From Nitrososphaeria archaeon (GTDB lineage Archaea; Thermoproteota; Nitrososphaeria; Geothermarchaeales; JDFR-13): a stretch of 64,000 nt of DNA. The notes under the pieces are model-generated. The model had not been told where the DNA came from, made no database searches, and was given only the letters and a program-made list of their open reading frames with translations. Made by a program: the position numbers and the translations under genes. Location: NCBI GenBank assembly GCA_027078545.1, contig JALWXN010000004.1:256001-320000 (forward strand). Reading direction: 5' to 3'. Positions 1-8,852 of this stretch are shown here, piece by piece. How positions within the stretch are numbered: the stretch's first letter is position 1; every line of letters starts with the position of its first letter.

Positions 1-1
1 A

Positions 2-361
2 CCCAACTTGGCCAATATACTCTCGAAGCTCGGTATAAAGCCTATCAAGTCCAAGGTCTCGATAAAGTTTGCCTATGACTTCGTGGATAACATATTGATA
101 CCTAGGGAGCTGCTGATACCCGATATAGAGGCTATCAAGAGTGATATTGAGAAGGCTGCTCTCAATGCGTTTAAGCTGGCTATGGAGATAGAGTACATCA
201 CTAGGAGGACTATAGAGCCACTCCTACTAATGGCTATGAATAGGGCTAGGGCGTTGGCTGTCGAGGCTGAGTACATCGACAAGTCTACTATAGAGTACCT
301 CATCACCATGGCTGTGGCCAGGGCTAATAGGCTAGCCTCGGAGGCTGGTATCGGTGAATAG
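2..361 (+). CDS. rpl10: 50S ribosomal protein L10/P0, C-terminal part (truncated by window edge)
   Basis: LSKLGIKP...A(ALN)AFKLAMEIEYIT..TI pattern of the archaeal P0 C-terminus; directly upstream of L12. Confidence 0.9.
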   Translation, partial: PNLANILSKLGIKPIKSKVSIKFAYDFVDNILIPRELLIPDIEAIKSDIEKAALNAFKLAMEIEYITRRTIEPLLLMAMNRARALAVEAEYIDKSTIEYLITMAVARANRLASEAGIGE

Positions 362-366
362 CATAT

Positions 367-375
367 TTATATAGC
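367..375 (+). promoter_or_regulatory. putative TATA box upstream of rpl12
   Basis: TTTATATAG about 42 nt upstream of the rpl12 ATG. Confidence 0.5.
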
Positions 376-416
376 GACTCCCAAGTCTAATTATAAGGTA
401 AAGGAGGGATCCAGCC

Positions 417-731
417 ATGAAATACATATATGCAGCCCTGCTTCTACACGACGCTGGGAAGGAGATTAATGAGGAGAACCTTAGCAAGATATTCAAGGCT
501 ATAGGGGAGGATCCCGACGAGGCTAAGATAAAGAGTCTGGTTGCTTCGCTGGAGGGTATAAATATAGACGAGGTCTTGGAGAAGGCTGTGGCTATGCCTG
601 TGGCAGCGCCTGCGGCTCCAGCACCTGCTGAGCAGCCGGCCGAGGAGGAGAAGAAGGAGGAGAAGCCTGCGGAGGAGGAGAAGGAGGAGGAAGAGGAGTC
701 CTTCGAGGGTCTCAGCGCCCTCTTCGGCTAG
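417..731 (+). CDS. rpl12: 50S ribosomal protein L12/P1 (stalk)
   Basis: [12 protein letters not shown]-terminus, Ala/Pro hinge, acidic tail, GLSALFG C-terminus. Confidence 0.97.
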   Translation: MKYIYAALLLHDAGKEINEENLSKIFKAIGEDPDEAKIKSLVASLEGINIDEVLEKAVAMPVAAPAAPAPAEQPAEEEKKEEKPAEEEKEEEEESFEGLSALFG

Positions 732-793
732 CCCACCCACCACACTAATTTTTCCCTCATACTCCCTACATACCTTTTATTGGTGGGCTGCCT

Positions 794-3538
794 TTGGAGT
801 ATGAGATTGATCCTAAGGAGTTCGACATCAGTTTTATGCGTGAGAACGGCTTTGTTAGGCGTCAGTGTAGGTCGTGTGGCTCATTCTTCTGGACGCAGAA
901 CCCTGATCAGGAGCTATGTGGGGAGGCTCCATGTGTAGACTACACGTTCTTCGACTCACCCCCCACTAGGAGGAGCTACTCTATCGGTGAGCTTAGGCGG
1001 GAGTTCCTAAGATTCTTCGAGGAGAATGGCCACACCATTATTGATCCCTATCCAGTGGTCGCTAGGTGGAGGGATGACCTCCTCATAACTATAGCCTCGA
1101 TAGCGGATTTCCAGCCCCACGTGACCTCCGGAATGTCCAGCCCACCGGCTAACCCATTGGTCGTCTCCCAGCCCTGCCTACGCTTCGAGGATATAGATAG
1201 GGTGGGCTACACCTCCGGGAGGCATATGACTATCTTCGAGATGGGTGGGGCCCACGCCTTCAATGATAAGAGGAAGGGTGTGGAGATATACTGGAAGGAT
1301 AAGACAATAGAGTATCACCACCTCTTCGCAACTGAGAGGCTGGGTATACCCTCTGAGATGATTACCTATAAGGAGCACTTCTGGATTGGTGGTGGGAACG
1401 CGGGGCCTGATGTAGAGGGTATAGTGGCTGGTCTTGAGGTCTCAACACTGGTCTTCATGAGGTATAGGATCGATGAGGAGGGTAGGCTCCACGACATACC
1501 TATATGGACTGTGGATACTGGATATGGTATTGAGAGGTGGACCTGGCTCTCCCAGGGCACGTACTCGGCCTTCGAGGCTATCTATGGTGAGATTAATGAC
1601 TGGATCCTCCAGGCCCTGGATATAGATGTGGATAGGGATACGCTGAGAAGATTCGCCCTTGTCAGTCCTAACCTCAAGGAGGAGGATCTCCCAAGGCTTG
1701 GGAGCATTCTCGAGAATGTTGGGCTTGGGGATAGGGAGCCCGATATCCGTAGACTTATCTATGCCTATAAACTGCTCGACCATAGTAAGGCGGCGGTCTT
1801 CCTAATCAGTGACGGTGGGGTTCCATCCAATGTGCGTGAGGGCTATCTCACACGTATGCTTCTGAGGAGGATCTTCAAGGTTGTTGATGAGCTGGGCCTG
1901 GATTACGAAATTGTTTATAAACTGTTTGAGAGGCAGGTGGGCTACTGGGGTGGGGACTTCCCAAGGGTGGCGGAGGCTGGTAGGATAATTCCTGAGATCC
2001 TAGATATCGAGATTAGGAAGTATCGTGAGATCTTGAGGAATGTCCCTAAATATGTTAAGCAGCTCATGAGGAAGGGCTATAAACCCGGTCTGGAGATGTT
2101 GATAGAGCTATACGACTCCTACGGCGTCCATCCAGACTATGTCAGGGAGCACCTCTTGAGGGAGTATGGAGTCGATCTAGAGGTTCCCCACAACTTTACA
2201 GAGCTGGTGGCTAGGAGGCATCTAGAAAGGTCTGTGGAGAGGCGTGTAGAGAGGAGGCCGGAGATACCTGACCTGCCTAGGACATCCAAACTCTTCTATA
2301 CTAACCAGTATATGGATAGGGCGAGTGCCAAGGTGCTATGGGCCAGTGGTAGGAGGCTTGTGCTTGACAGGACTGTCTTCTACCCCACGGGTGGGGGGCA
2401 GATCCATGATACCGGGGTGATAAGGAGTGGTGATCTGGAGGCCCGTGTAGTAGATGTCCAAGATGTTGATGGGGTTGTCCTCCACATTCTTGATAGAGAG
2501 TCTCCCTTCAAGCCTGGTGATGAGGTTTGGCTTGAGATTGACTGGCCACGTAGATACAGGATTATGAAGCACCATACATCTACCCATATCCTCCTATCCG
2601 CTGCTAGACGGGCTCTAGGCCCCCATATATGGCAGACAGGGGTCATTAAGCAGCCTGACTACGCCCATCTGGACATAACTCATTACAGGGGTCTTAGCCA
2701 GGAGGAGGTTAGGAGGATTGAGGAGATGGTTAATAGGATTATCAGGGAGGGGAGGGTGGTACAGGCCAGCTATATGGATCGTGGGGAGGCAGAGCGTAGG
2801 TATGGCGTCACCATTTACCAGGGAGGCGTTGTGCCTGGTGAGAAGCTACGTATAGTGACTGTTGAGGATTGGGATGTGGAGGCGTGTGGAGGTACACATG
2901 TTAGGAACACCTCTGAGATAACGCTATTCAAGATAATAGGTGTTGAGAAGATCCAAGATGGTGTTCTAAGGATACAGTATGTGGCTGGTGATGCGGCTAT
3001 AGAGACTCTTGAGAAGGGCTACGAGGCCTTGAAGAGCCTCTCCGCTAGGCTCTCCACGGGATTAGAGGATGTCCCTAGGAGGGTGGAGGAGCTTCTAGAG
3101 GAGATAGAGGATATGGGGAGGAGGTATCGTGGGCTGAGGGAGGAGCTGGTGAGATGGATATCGGAGAGCCTGGCTGGGAAGGCGGAGAGGGTGGATGGAT
3201 ATAGGTTGGCGGTCTTCTCCTATGACGATGTGGACACTGTGATTAAGGTGGGTGAGTATCTAACGGAGAAGTATCCCGACATCATGTTTATCGGGGTGGC
3301 CAAGACCGGTAGGGGTGTAAACATAGTTGTTAGGATCGGTTCAAGCCTAGTCGGGGTCGTCGAGCCTAGGAGGGTGGCGGAGGCATTGGGTGAGAAGTGT
3401 CTAGAGAGGTATGGAGGGAAGGGTGATGAGAGATACTACCGTATAGGAGGCGTGATGAGCTGTGGAGACAAAGATATAAACGAGGCTATACGTGAAATCA
3501 TATATGATGTCTCGGGAGAAGGAAGGCTCTCCTCATGA
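794..3538 (+). CDS. alaS: alanyl-tRNA synthetase (archaeal type)
   Basis: N-terminal CxxC..CG..PC, YPVVARWRDD, DTGYGIER, editing HHTSTH and CGGTHV motifs. Confidence 0.97.
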   Translation: MEYEIDPKEFDISFMRENGFVRRQCRSCGSFFWTQNPDQELCGEAPCVDYTFFDSPPTRRSYSIGELRREFLRFFEENGHTIIDPYPVVARWRDDLLITIASIADFQPHVTSGMSSPPANPLVVSQPCLRFEDIDRVGYTSGRHMTIFEMGGAHAFNDKRKGVEIYWKDKTIEYHHLFATERLGIPSEMITYKEHFWIGGGNAGPDVEGIVAGLEVSTLVFMRYRIDEEGRLHDIPIWTVDTGYGIERWTWLSQGTYSAFEAIYGEINDWILQALDIDVDRDTLRRFALVSPNLKEEDLPRLGSILENVGLGDREPDIRRLIYAYKLLDHSKAAVFLISDGGVPSNVREGYLTRMLLRRIFKVVDELGLDYEIVYKLFERQVGYWGGDFPRVAEAGRIIPEILDIEIRKYREILRNVPKYVKQLMRKGYKPGLEMLIELYDSYGVHPDYVREHLLREYGVDLEVPHNFTELVARRHLERSVERRVERRPEIPDLPRTSKLFYTNQYMDRASAKVLWASGRRLVLDRTVFYPTGGGQIHDTGVIRSGDLEARVVDVQDVDGVVLHILDRESPFKPGDEVWLEIDWPRRYRIMKHHTSTHILLSAARRALGPHIWQTGVIKQPDYAHLDITHYRGLSQEEVRRIEEMVNRIIREGRVVQASYMDRGEAERRYGVTIYQGGVVPGEKLRIVTVEDWDVEACGGTHVRNTSEITLFKIIGVEKIQDGVLRIQYVAGDAAIETLEKGYEALKSLSARLSTGLEDVPRRVEELLEEIEDMGRRYRGLREELVRWISESLAGKAERVDGYRLAVFSYDDVDTVIKVGEYLTEKYPDIMFIGVAKTGRGVNIVVRIGSSLVGVVEPRRVAEALGEKCLERYGGKGDERYYRIGGVMSCGDKDINEAIREIIYDVSGEGRLSS

Positions 3539-6392
3539 GGAGTATCTAAGAAGGGTTCTTGAGAGGGAGGAACGCCTCTCTAGGGAGATTGTTGAGGAGG
3601 GGGTTTTTGAGGCGGATCCTGATGGGAGGCCTAAGTTGCTGGTTACCTTTCCATATCCCTATATGAATGGCTCTCTACATCTGGGCCATGCATATACATC
3701 TGGTAGGCTGGATGTATATGCTAGGTATAAGAGGCTGAAGGGCTTCAACGTCCTATATCCCTGGGCGTGGCACTGGACGGGTGAGGCTGTATATGGTACT
3801 GTCCATAGGCTGAGGATGGGTGACCAGTCAGTTATAAGTAGGCTTGTCGACCTAGACGGTGTGGATCCAGAGGATCTTGAGAAGCTCCAGGATCCAGTAT
3901 ACTTCGTCAAGTATTTCACGGAGAAGAATAGGCGTGTTGTCAAGAGGTATGGCCTATCTATAGACTGGAGGAGGGAGTTCCACACAACTAGTCTTCACGA
4001 GCTCTATAACAAGTTTGTGGAGTGGCAGATTAGGCAGCTCTACAACAAGGGGTACATTGTCCAGGGGAGCCACCCAGTGGTCTGGTGCCCCGTCGACCAG
4101 AGCCCCACCGGTGATCATGATAGGCTTGAGGGGGAGGGTGTCAGGCCCGAGGAATACTACCTGATAAAGTTTAGGTTGGGTGATGCCTACATAGTTGCTG
4201 GAACCCTAAGGCCAGAGACGATATATGGGGTTACAAATATCTGGGTCAACCCTGAGGCCAAATATGTCCTGGCTGATGTTGATGGGGAGAGGTGGATAGT
4301 TAGTAGTGATGCTGCGTATAAGCTTCAGAACCAGCTGAAACGAGTGGAGGTGTTGGAGGAGTTTGTGGGGAGGGATCTGGTTGGTAAGTGGGCCGAGGCT
4401 CCGCTGGTTGGTAGGAAGGTGCCTATCCTACCAGCCGCATTTGTAGATCCAACCTCGATAACGGGCGTCGTCTATAGTGTACCCGCCCATGCCCCATATG
4501 ACTACGCAGCTCTTAGGGATGTGGCTAGGGGGGTCTATGGGGAGGAGTTAGCGGCTATCGCTAGGGATATCAAGCCTATACAGGTCTTGGTTATCAGGGG
4601 TAAGGGATTCGGCCAGTTCCCCGCTGTGGAGATTGTTGAGAGGATGGGTATTGAGAGTCAGAATGATCCTAGGCTTGAGAAGGCGACGAAGGAGATCTAT
4701 CACCAGGAGTATGTGAATGGATATATGTTGGAGGATAACAGGTTTGTGGGGGGCCTCCCAACTGGTGAGGCTAGGGAGAAGACTTTTGAGATCCTCAGGG
4801 ATATGGGCCTCGCCGATAAGATGTATGACCTCCCCGAGCCGGTTATATGTAGATGTACCGCTAGATGTATCGTCAAGATCCTCCCCGATCAATGGTTCTT
4901 GAAATACTCTGATCCTGGGTGGAAGAGGCAGGCCCATAGGGCTGTCGACGATATGTCGTGCTTCCCTGAGGAGGTGAGGAGTCTCCTCCACCACTATATA
5001 GACTGGTATGAGGACTGGCCGTGTACCAGGAGGTCTGGCCTGGGTACGCCCTTCCCATTTGATAGGGAGTGGATAGTGGAGACCCTGACCGACTCTACCA
5101 TCTACCCAGCGTTCTACACTGTAGCCAAGTTCTATAACCAGGGGTTGTTGAAGGCTGATAGGGTTGGGGATGAGTTCTTCAACTATGTATTCCTTGGGAT
5201 GGGTAATGTGGACCACGTCTCCGAGTCTAGTGGTGTGGATAGGGAGGTTCTCGAGAGGATTAGGGAGGAGTTCCTATACTGGTACCCAGTAGATCTCAGG
5301 GGGTCTGGGAAGGACTTGATAAGTAATCATCTCACCTTCTATGTCTTCCACCACGTAGCCATCTTCCCCAGGGATAAGTGGCCAAGGGGGATAACCGCGA
5401 ATGGATTTACACGTCTAAATGGTAGGCCGATGTCCAAGTCTAGTGGAAACTACATATCTATGGAGAAGGCTATCGAGACCGTGAGTGCCGATGCTCTCAG
5501 GCTCTCGATCCTCATGACTGTAGATGGCCTTGACGATCCCGACTGGAGGGTGTCGAGTGGATACGCGGCGTTGCAGAGGATGCAGAGGATAGAGCGCCTA
5601 GTTGAAAAGGTGGTTGGTCTGGAGGAGGACGGTGGAGACGAGTTCTTCGACACCTGGCTAAAGTCGAAGTTCTCCGAGATAGTCAACGAGGTGGAGGAGG
5701 CTCTGGAGAAGATGGAGGTTGCCAGGGCTGCGAGGCTGATCTTCAATGAGCTGTTGAACTCTATTGAGAAGTATATGTCTATTGTCGCCAAGCCTAACAA
5801 GGGGCTTGTTATGAGTATTGCTACAGACTTTGTCAAGCTGATATCGATGTATACCCCCTTCCTAGCCCAGTACCTATGGAGAGATGTCCTGGGCATGGAT
5901 GGGTATGTATATTTCTCCGAGTATCCTAGGGGCTGGGAGGTTGATGAGAAGTCTCTATTGATAGATGGGTATATGGAGGAGGTTGTGAGGGATATTAAGG
6001 AGCTCGTCAGGGTTCTGGGTGGTGCTAGGGAGATACATGTTGTTGTGGCTGGTGATAAGCTATGGTCGGTCTTCAGCGAGGCTGCTGATCAGGAGCTCGA
6101 GGGTGCACGGAGGATTATACGTTCTAGGCTTGGTGATGGTAAGGTCTTGGGCAGTGTTATGAAGTTCGTCTCTAGGGAGTGGTATGGTAGGAGGGTGAAG
6201 TACCTAGGCCTCCTCAAGTCTATGTCTGCCGAGGAGGAGTATAATGTTCTTAGGAGTCTCTTGCCAAGGTATTTGAAGATTCACGGGCTAGACGTGGCTG
6301 TCAAGGTTTATAGGGAGGGTGAGGAGCTGGCTGTTGATGTGAAGAGTAGGAAGATGGCCTTCCCATTATACCCCGCTATATACGTGGCATGA
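3492..6392 (+). CDS. leuS: leucyl-tRNA synthetase (true start may be ATG 3504/3507)
   Basis: FPYPYMNGSLHLGH, TLRPET, VPAHAPYD, GKDLISNHL, PMSKS. Confidence 0.96.
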   Translation: MKSYMMSREKEGSPHEEYLRRVLEREERLSREIVEEGVFEADPDGRPKLLVTFPYPYMNGSLHLGHAYTSGRLDVYARYKRLKGFNVLYPWAWHWTGEAVYGTVHRLRMGDQSVISRLVDLDGVDPEDLEKLQDPVYFVKYFTEKNRRVVKRYGLSIDWRREFHTTSLHELYNKFVEWQIRQLYNKGYIVQGSHPVVWCPVDQSPTGDHDRLEGEGVRPEEYYLIKFRLGDAYIVAGTLRPETIYGVTNIWVNPEAKYVLADVDGERWIVSSDAAYKLQNQLKRVEVLEEFVGRDLVGKWAEAPLVGRKVPILPAAFVDPTSITGVVYSVPAHAPYDYAALRDVARGVYGEELAAIARDIKPIQVLVIRGKGFGQFPAVEIVERMGIESQNDPRLEKATKEIYHQEYVNGYMLEDNRFVGGLPTGEAREKTFEILRDMGLADKMYDLPEPVICRCTARCIVKILPDQWFLKYSDPGWKRQAHRAVDDMSCFPEEVRSLLHHYIDWYEDWPCTRRSGLGTPFPFDREWIVETLTDSTIYPAFYTVAKFYNQGLLKADRVGDEFFNYVFLGMGNVDHVSESSGVDREVLERIREEFLYWYPVDLRGSGKDLISNHLTFYVFHHVAIFPRDKWPRGITANGFTRLNGRPMSKSSGNYISMEKAIETVSADALRLSILMTVDGLDDPDWRVSSGYAALQRMQRIERLVEKVVGLEEDGGDEFFDTWLKSKFSEIVNEVEEALEKMEVARAARLIFNELLNSIEKYMSIVAKPNKGLVMSIATDFVKLISMYTPFLAQYLWRDVLGMDGYVYFSEYPRGWEVDEKSLLIDGYMEEVVRDIKELVRVLGGAREIHVVVAGDKLWSVFSEAADQELEGARRIIRSRLGDGKVLGSVMKFVSREWYGRRVKYLGLLKSMSAEEEYNVLRSLLPRYLKIHGLDVAVKVYREGEELAVDVKSRKMAFPLYPAIYVA

Positions 6393-6443
6393 GTCTATAG
6401 GTGTATATCTAATAAATATTGGGTCGCTGCAGCATCTCTATAG

Positions 6444-6540
6444 GGGCCCGTGGCCTAGCCTGGACTAGGGCGGCGGCCTTCTAGCTATGTCCATGGTGGA
6501 TAGCCGCAGATCCCGGGTTCGAATCCCGGCGGGCCCGCCA
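6444..6540 (+). tRNA. tRNA-Arg(UCU) with 18-nt intron at 37/38 (6484-6501), CCA encoded
   Basis: Acceptor GGGCCCG/CGGGCCC-G-CCA, anticodon stem GCGGC/GCCGC, loop CT-TCT-A^A, T arm CCGGG-TTCGAAT-CCCGG; intron forms only a relaxed BHB. Confidence 0.93.
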
Positions 6541-6541
6541 T

Positions 6542-6967
6542 CTAAAGCTCCCTGTATGACTCGGCCAGTGGATGGCCTTTTGTGGAGAGGCTGAAGGCCT
6601 TATACCATCCGAAGGGGGCCCTATAAACCTCTACCCCGTATCCAGAGAGCTTCTTCGCCAGTATCTTTATGAGTCTAAGGGCCTTCCGGGGATCCTCGAG
6701 CCTCGATGATAGGTGGGCATATGGATAGATAAGTATCTTCTCCGCACCGATCTTTGAGGAGTGGCTAACCAGGTCTTCCAGCCCCTTGAAGATCTCCTCC
6801 CTCCTCTCCCAGTCCCCCTCCTCCACGGTGGTGAAGCATACGAGAATATCTTCATAGGAATTGTCTATAGTGTTCTGATCCACCTCGTCCCTCGCTGGGG
6901 ATAGTGGGCCGTGTTCTGTCAGGACTCTATAGCTGAATCTCTCGGCGTGTATTAGGAGCATCCTCAT
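6542..6967 (-). CDS. free-standing archaeal threonyl-tRNA synthetase editing domain
   Basis: MRMLLIHA, YPYAHLS, APFGWYKAF, GHPLAE motifs of the archaeal ThrRS N-terminal editing domain; only 141 aa. Confidence 0.9.
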   Translation of the reverse strand: MRMLLIHAERFSYRVLTEHGPLSPARDEVDQNTIDNSYEDILVCFTTVEEGDWERREEIFKGLEDLVSHSSKIGAEKILIYPYAHLSSRLEDPRKALRLIKILAKKLSGYGVEVYRAPFGWYKAFSLSTKGHPLAESYREL

Positions 6968-7008
6968 AGGGCTTCAAATATGTTTCTAGTCCTCGCCATT
7001 GTATATAG

Positions 7009-8154
7009 ATGGATATGGAGAGGGTCATCCTCTACCCTGATAGGGAGTATGAGCCCTTCCTGGCCTATCTCCACATCTATGCTCCTCCACTTGCTTGGAG
7101 ACTGTTGGGCCCCTCCATCCTAGAGGTATTGTCCCAGGACTATGAAGTCTCGTATAGGGTGGCTGGTCTGTGGGTTGGATACATACCTAATAAGAGAGTT
7201 CCTGTGGAGGTGGTTGGCGATGATGACGACGGATTATTCTTAGTAGAGAATATCATGGGCTCCCCGGGAGGGCTCGTGAGGCTGGTGGATGACGTCTTCA
7301 ACCTAGGGGGGTCGGTTAGGATAGTGTATAATGATATCTTGGTGGGTTGGCTGGGGAGTGGTGAGGGGGAGGAGGTGGATATTACTGGCTATGGGCTGAC
7401 CATTTTCAGGAGGCCTTGGGACTTGGTGGATTTCCTAGGCAGTAGGCTCTTCCCATCAGTCTTGGCCGAGGTGGCAGAATACCTGGGACTGGAAGAGGTT
7501 GTTGAGGGTCTCTATATAGGGAGGGATGTGGAGATAGACCTTGACAAGACATATGTCGATGTGGATGAGGGGCCGATACTCATCCTGGATGGCTCTGAGG
7601 TCATAGGCTTCAACCACCTGGTTGGCCCCCTCATAATAGGTGAGTCTTCATGGGTATATGGGGCTAAGCTTAGTAGATCCATAGTAGGCCCTGTATGTAA
7701 GCTGGGTGGGGAGGTCTCGGACTCGGTTATCCTTGGATATACGAACTCGGCTCACCACTCCTATGTCGGGCATAGTGTACTGGGGTTCTGGGTGAATATC
7801 GGTGCCGGCACCGTCCTCAGTGATCTGAAGAATACCTATGGAGAGGTTAGGGTGAAGTGGGGTGGTGGGGTCTCTACTGGTAGGATTAAGCTAGGCTCGT
7901 TCTTAGGTGATCATGTCAAGACTAGTATTAACTCCTCTGTATATGGCGGGTCGGTGGTGGGGCTTTCTACTCATCTCCATGGCTTGGTGGATAGGAGTGT
8001 GTCTCCCTTCAGGATCTTCAGGGATGGTGATGAGGTCTTGATGGATATTGATAAGGCTATGGAGATTGCCCGGAGGATGTATAGTAGGAGGGGTGTGGAG
8101 TGGGAGGATGGTGAGGATGGTCTCTGGCGTAATAGGTATCTGATGTTTGTCTAG
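7009..8154 (+). CDS. GlmU-like protein: degenerate nucleotidyltransferase N-terminus plus left-handed beta-helix
   Basis: GGEVSDS, HHSYVGHSVLGFWVNIGAGT..SDLKNTYG, KLGSFLGDHVKTSIN as in the GlmU-like LbH family. Confidence 0.8.
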   Translation: MDMERVILYPDREYEPFLAYLHIYAPPLAWRLLGPSILEVLSQDYEVSYRVAGLWVGYIPNKRVPVEVVGDDDDGLFLVENIMGSPGGLVRLVDDVFNLGGSVRIVYNDILVGWLGSGEGEEVDITGYGLTIFRRPWDLVDFLGSRLFPSVLAEVAEYLGLEEVVEGLYIGRDVEIDLDKTYVDVDEGPILILDGSEVIGFNHLVGPLIIGESSWVYGAKLSRSIVGPVCKLGGEVSDSVILGYTNSAHHSYVGHSVLGFWVNIGAGTVLSDLKNTYGEVRVKWGGGVSTGRIKLGSFLGDHVKTSINSSVYGGSVVGLSTHLHGLVDRSVSPFRIFRDGDEVLMDIDKAMEIARRMYSRRGVEWEDGEDGLWRNRYLMFV

Positions 8155-8642
8155 TCCCCCTCCTCCCATCTCGTCTTACGTCTCAGATATTCCTCGAGAC
8201 TGTATCTAGGCTTTGCTGGGTTTCCATATACGACGGTCTCTGGCGGCACGTCCCTCGTCACTACTGCCCCCATCCCTATGACGGCTCTCCTCCCGATCCT
8301 CACCCCAGCCTTTATCATTGCTCCAGCCCCTATCACGGCGCCGTCTTCTATCACTGTGCCTATGAGCCTCTTGGAGGGTGGGTATGGGTCATTCGTGATT
8401 ATGACGCCTGGGCCTATGAAGACGTCGTCGCCTATCACTGTTAGGGGGGGTATGTAGACCATGCCCTCTATCATGCATCGGCTACCGATCTTGACGTTGT
8501 AGTCGATATGGACTAGCGAGCCTATCTTTGTGTCATCCCCGATCTCGGTGTTGTCCCCGATGTAGGTGAAGTGCCATATCTTCACGTTCCTACCAAGCTT
8601 GACGTTCCTCCCTATATGGTTTATTGGGTGTCGGCTATCCAT
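8151..8642 (-). CDS. hexapeptide-repeat N-acetyltransferase (WbpD/WlbB-like)
   Basis: Hexapeptide repeats, FIGPGV..TND.YP, VVTRDVP..VVYGNPA. Confidence 0.85.
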   Translation of the reverse strand: MDSRHPINHIGRNVKLGRNVKIWHFTYIGDNTEIGDDTKIGSLVHIDYNVKIGSRCMIEGMVYIPPLTVIGDDVFIGPGVIITNDPYPPSKRLIGTVIEDGAVIGAGAMIKAGVRIGRRAVIGMGAVVTRDVPPETVVYGNPAKPRYSLEEYLRRKTRWEEGD

Positions 8643-8724
8643 GTCTAATATATTTCCCTTGGCTCTCCGTTAAATCACCGGGGAAAGGGTTAAAAGTCTT
8701 GCTTATAGAATCTTTGGCTTGGGT

Positions 8725-8847
8725 AGCCCCGTGGTGTAGCGGCCAAGCATGCCGACCCCTATGTGGGGGCGTAGGGCTTTGGATCCCCGGCTGGTGCCGG
8801 GTAGGGGATCCCCGGTGACCCCGGTTCGAATCCGGGCGGGGCTACCA
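8725..8847 (+). tRNA. tRNA-Gln(UUG) with two introns: 29/30 (8755-8774) and 37/38 (8783-8809)
   Basis: A1-U72 acceptor AGCCCCG/CGGGGCT-A-CCA typical of archaeal tRNA-Gln; removing both introns gives CCGGG-CT-TTG-GC-CCCGG; both fold as BHB (ATGC/GCGT; CTTT/GGGG). Confidence 0.92.
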
Positions 8848-8852
8848 CTCCT

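Noticed and set aside
640-700. GAG-rich low-complexity repeat
   Set aside because: Encodes the normal acidic tail of L12.
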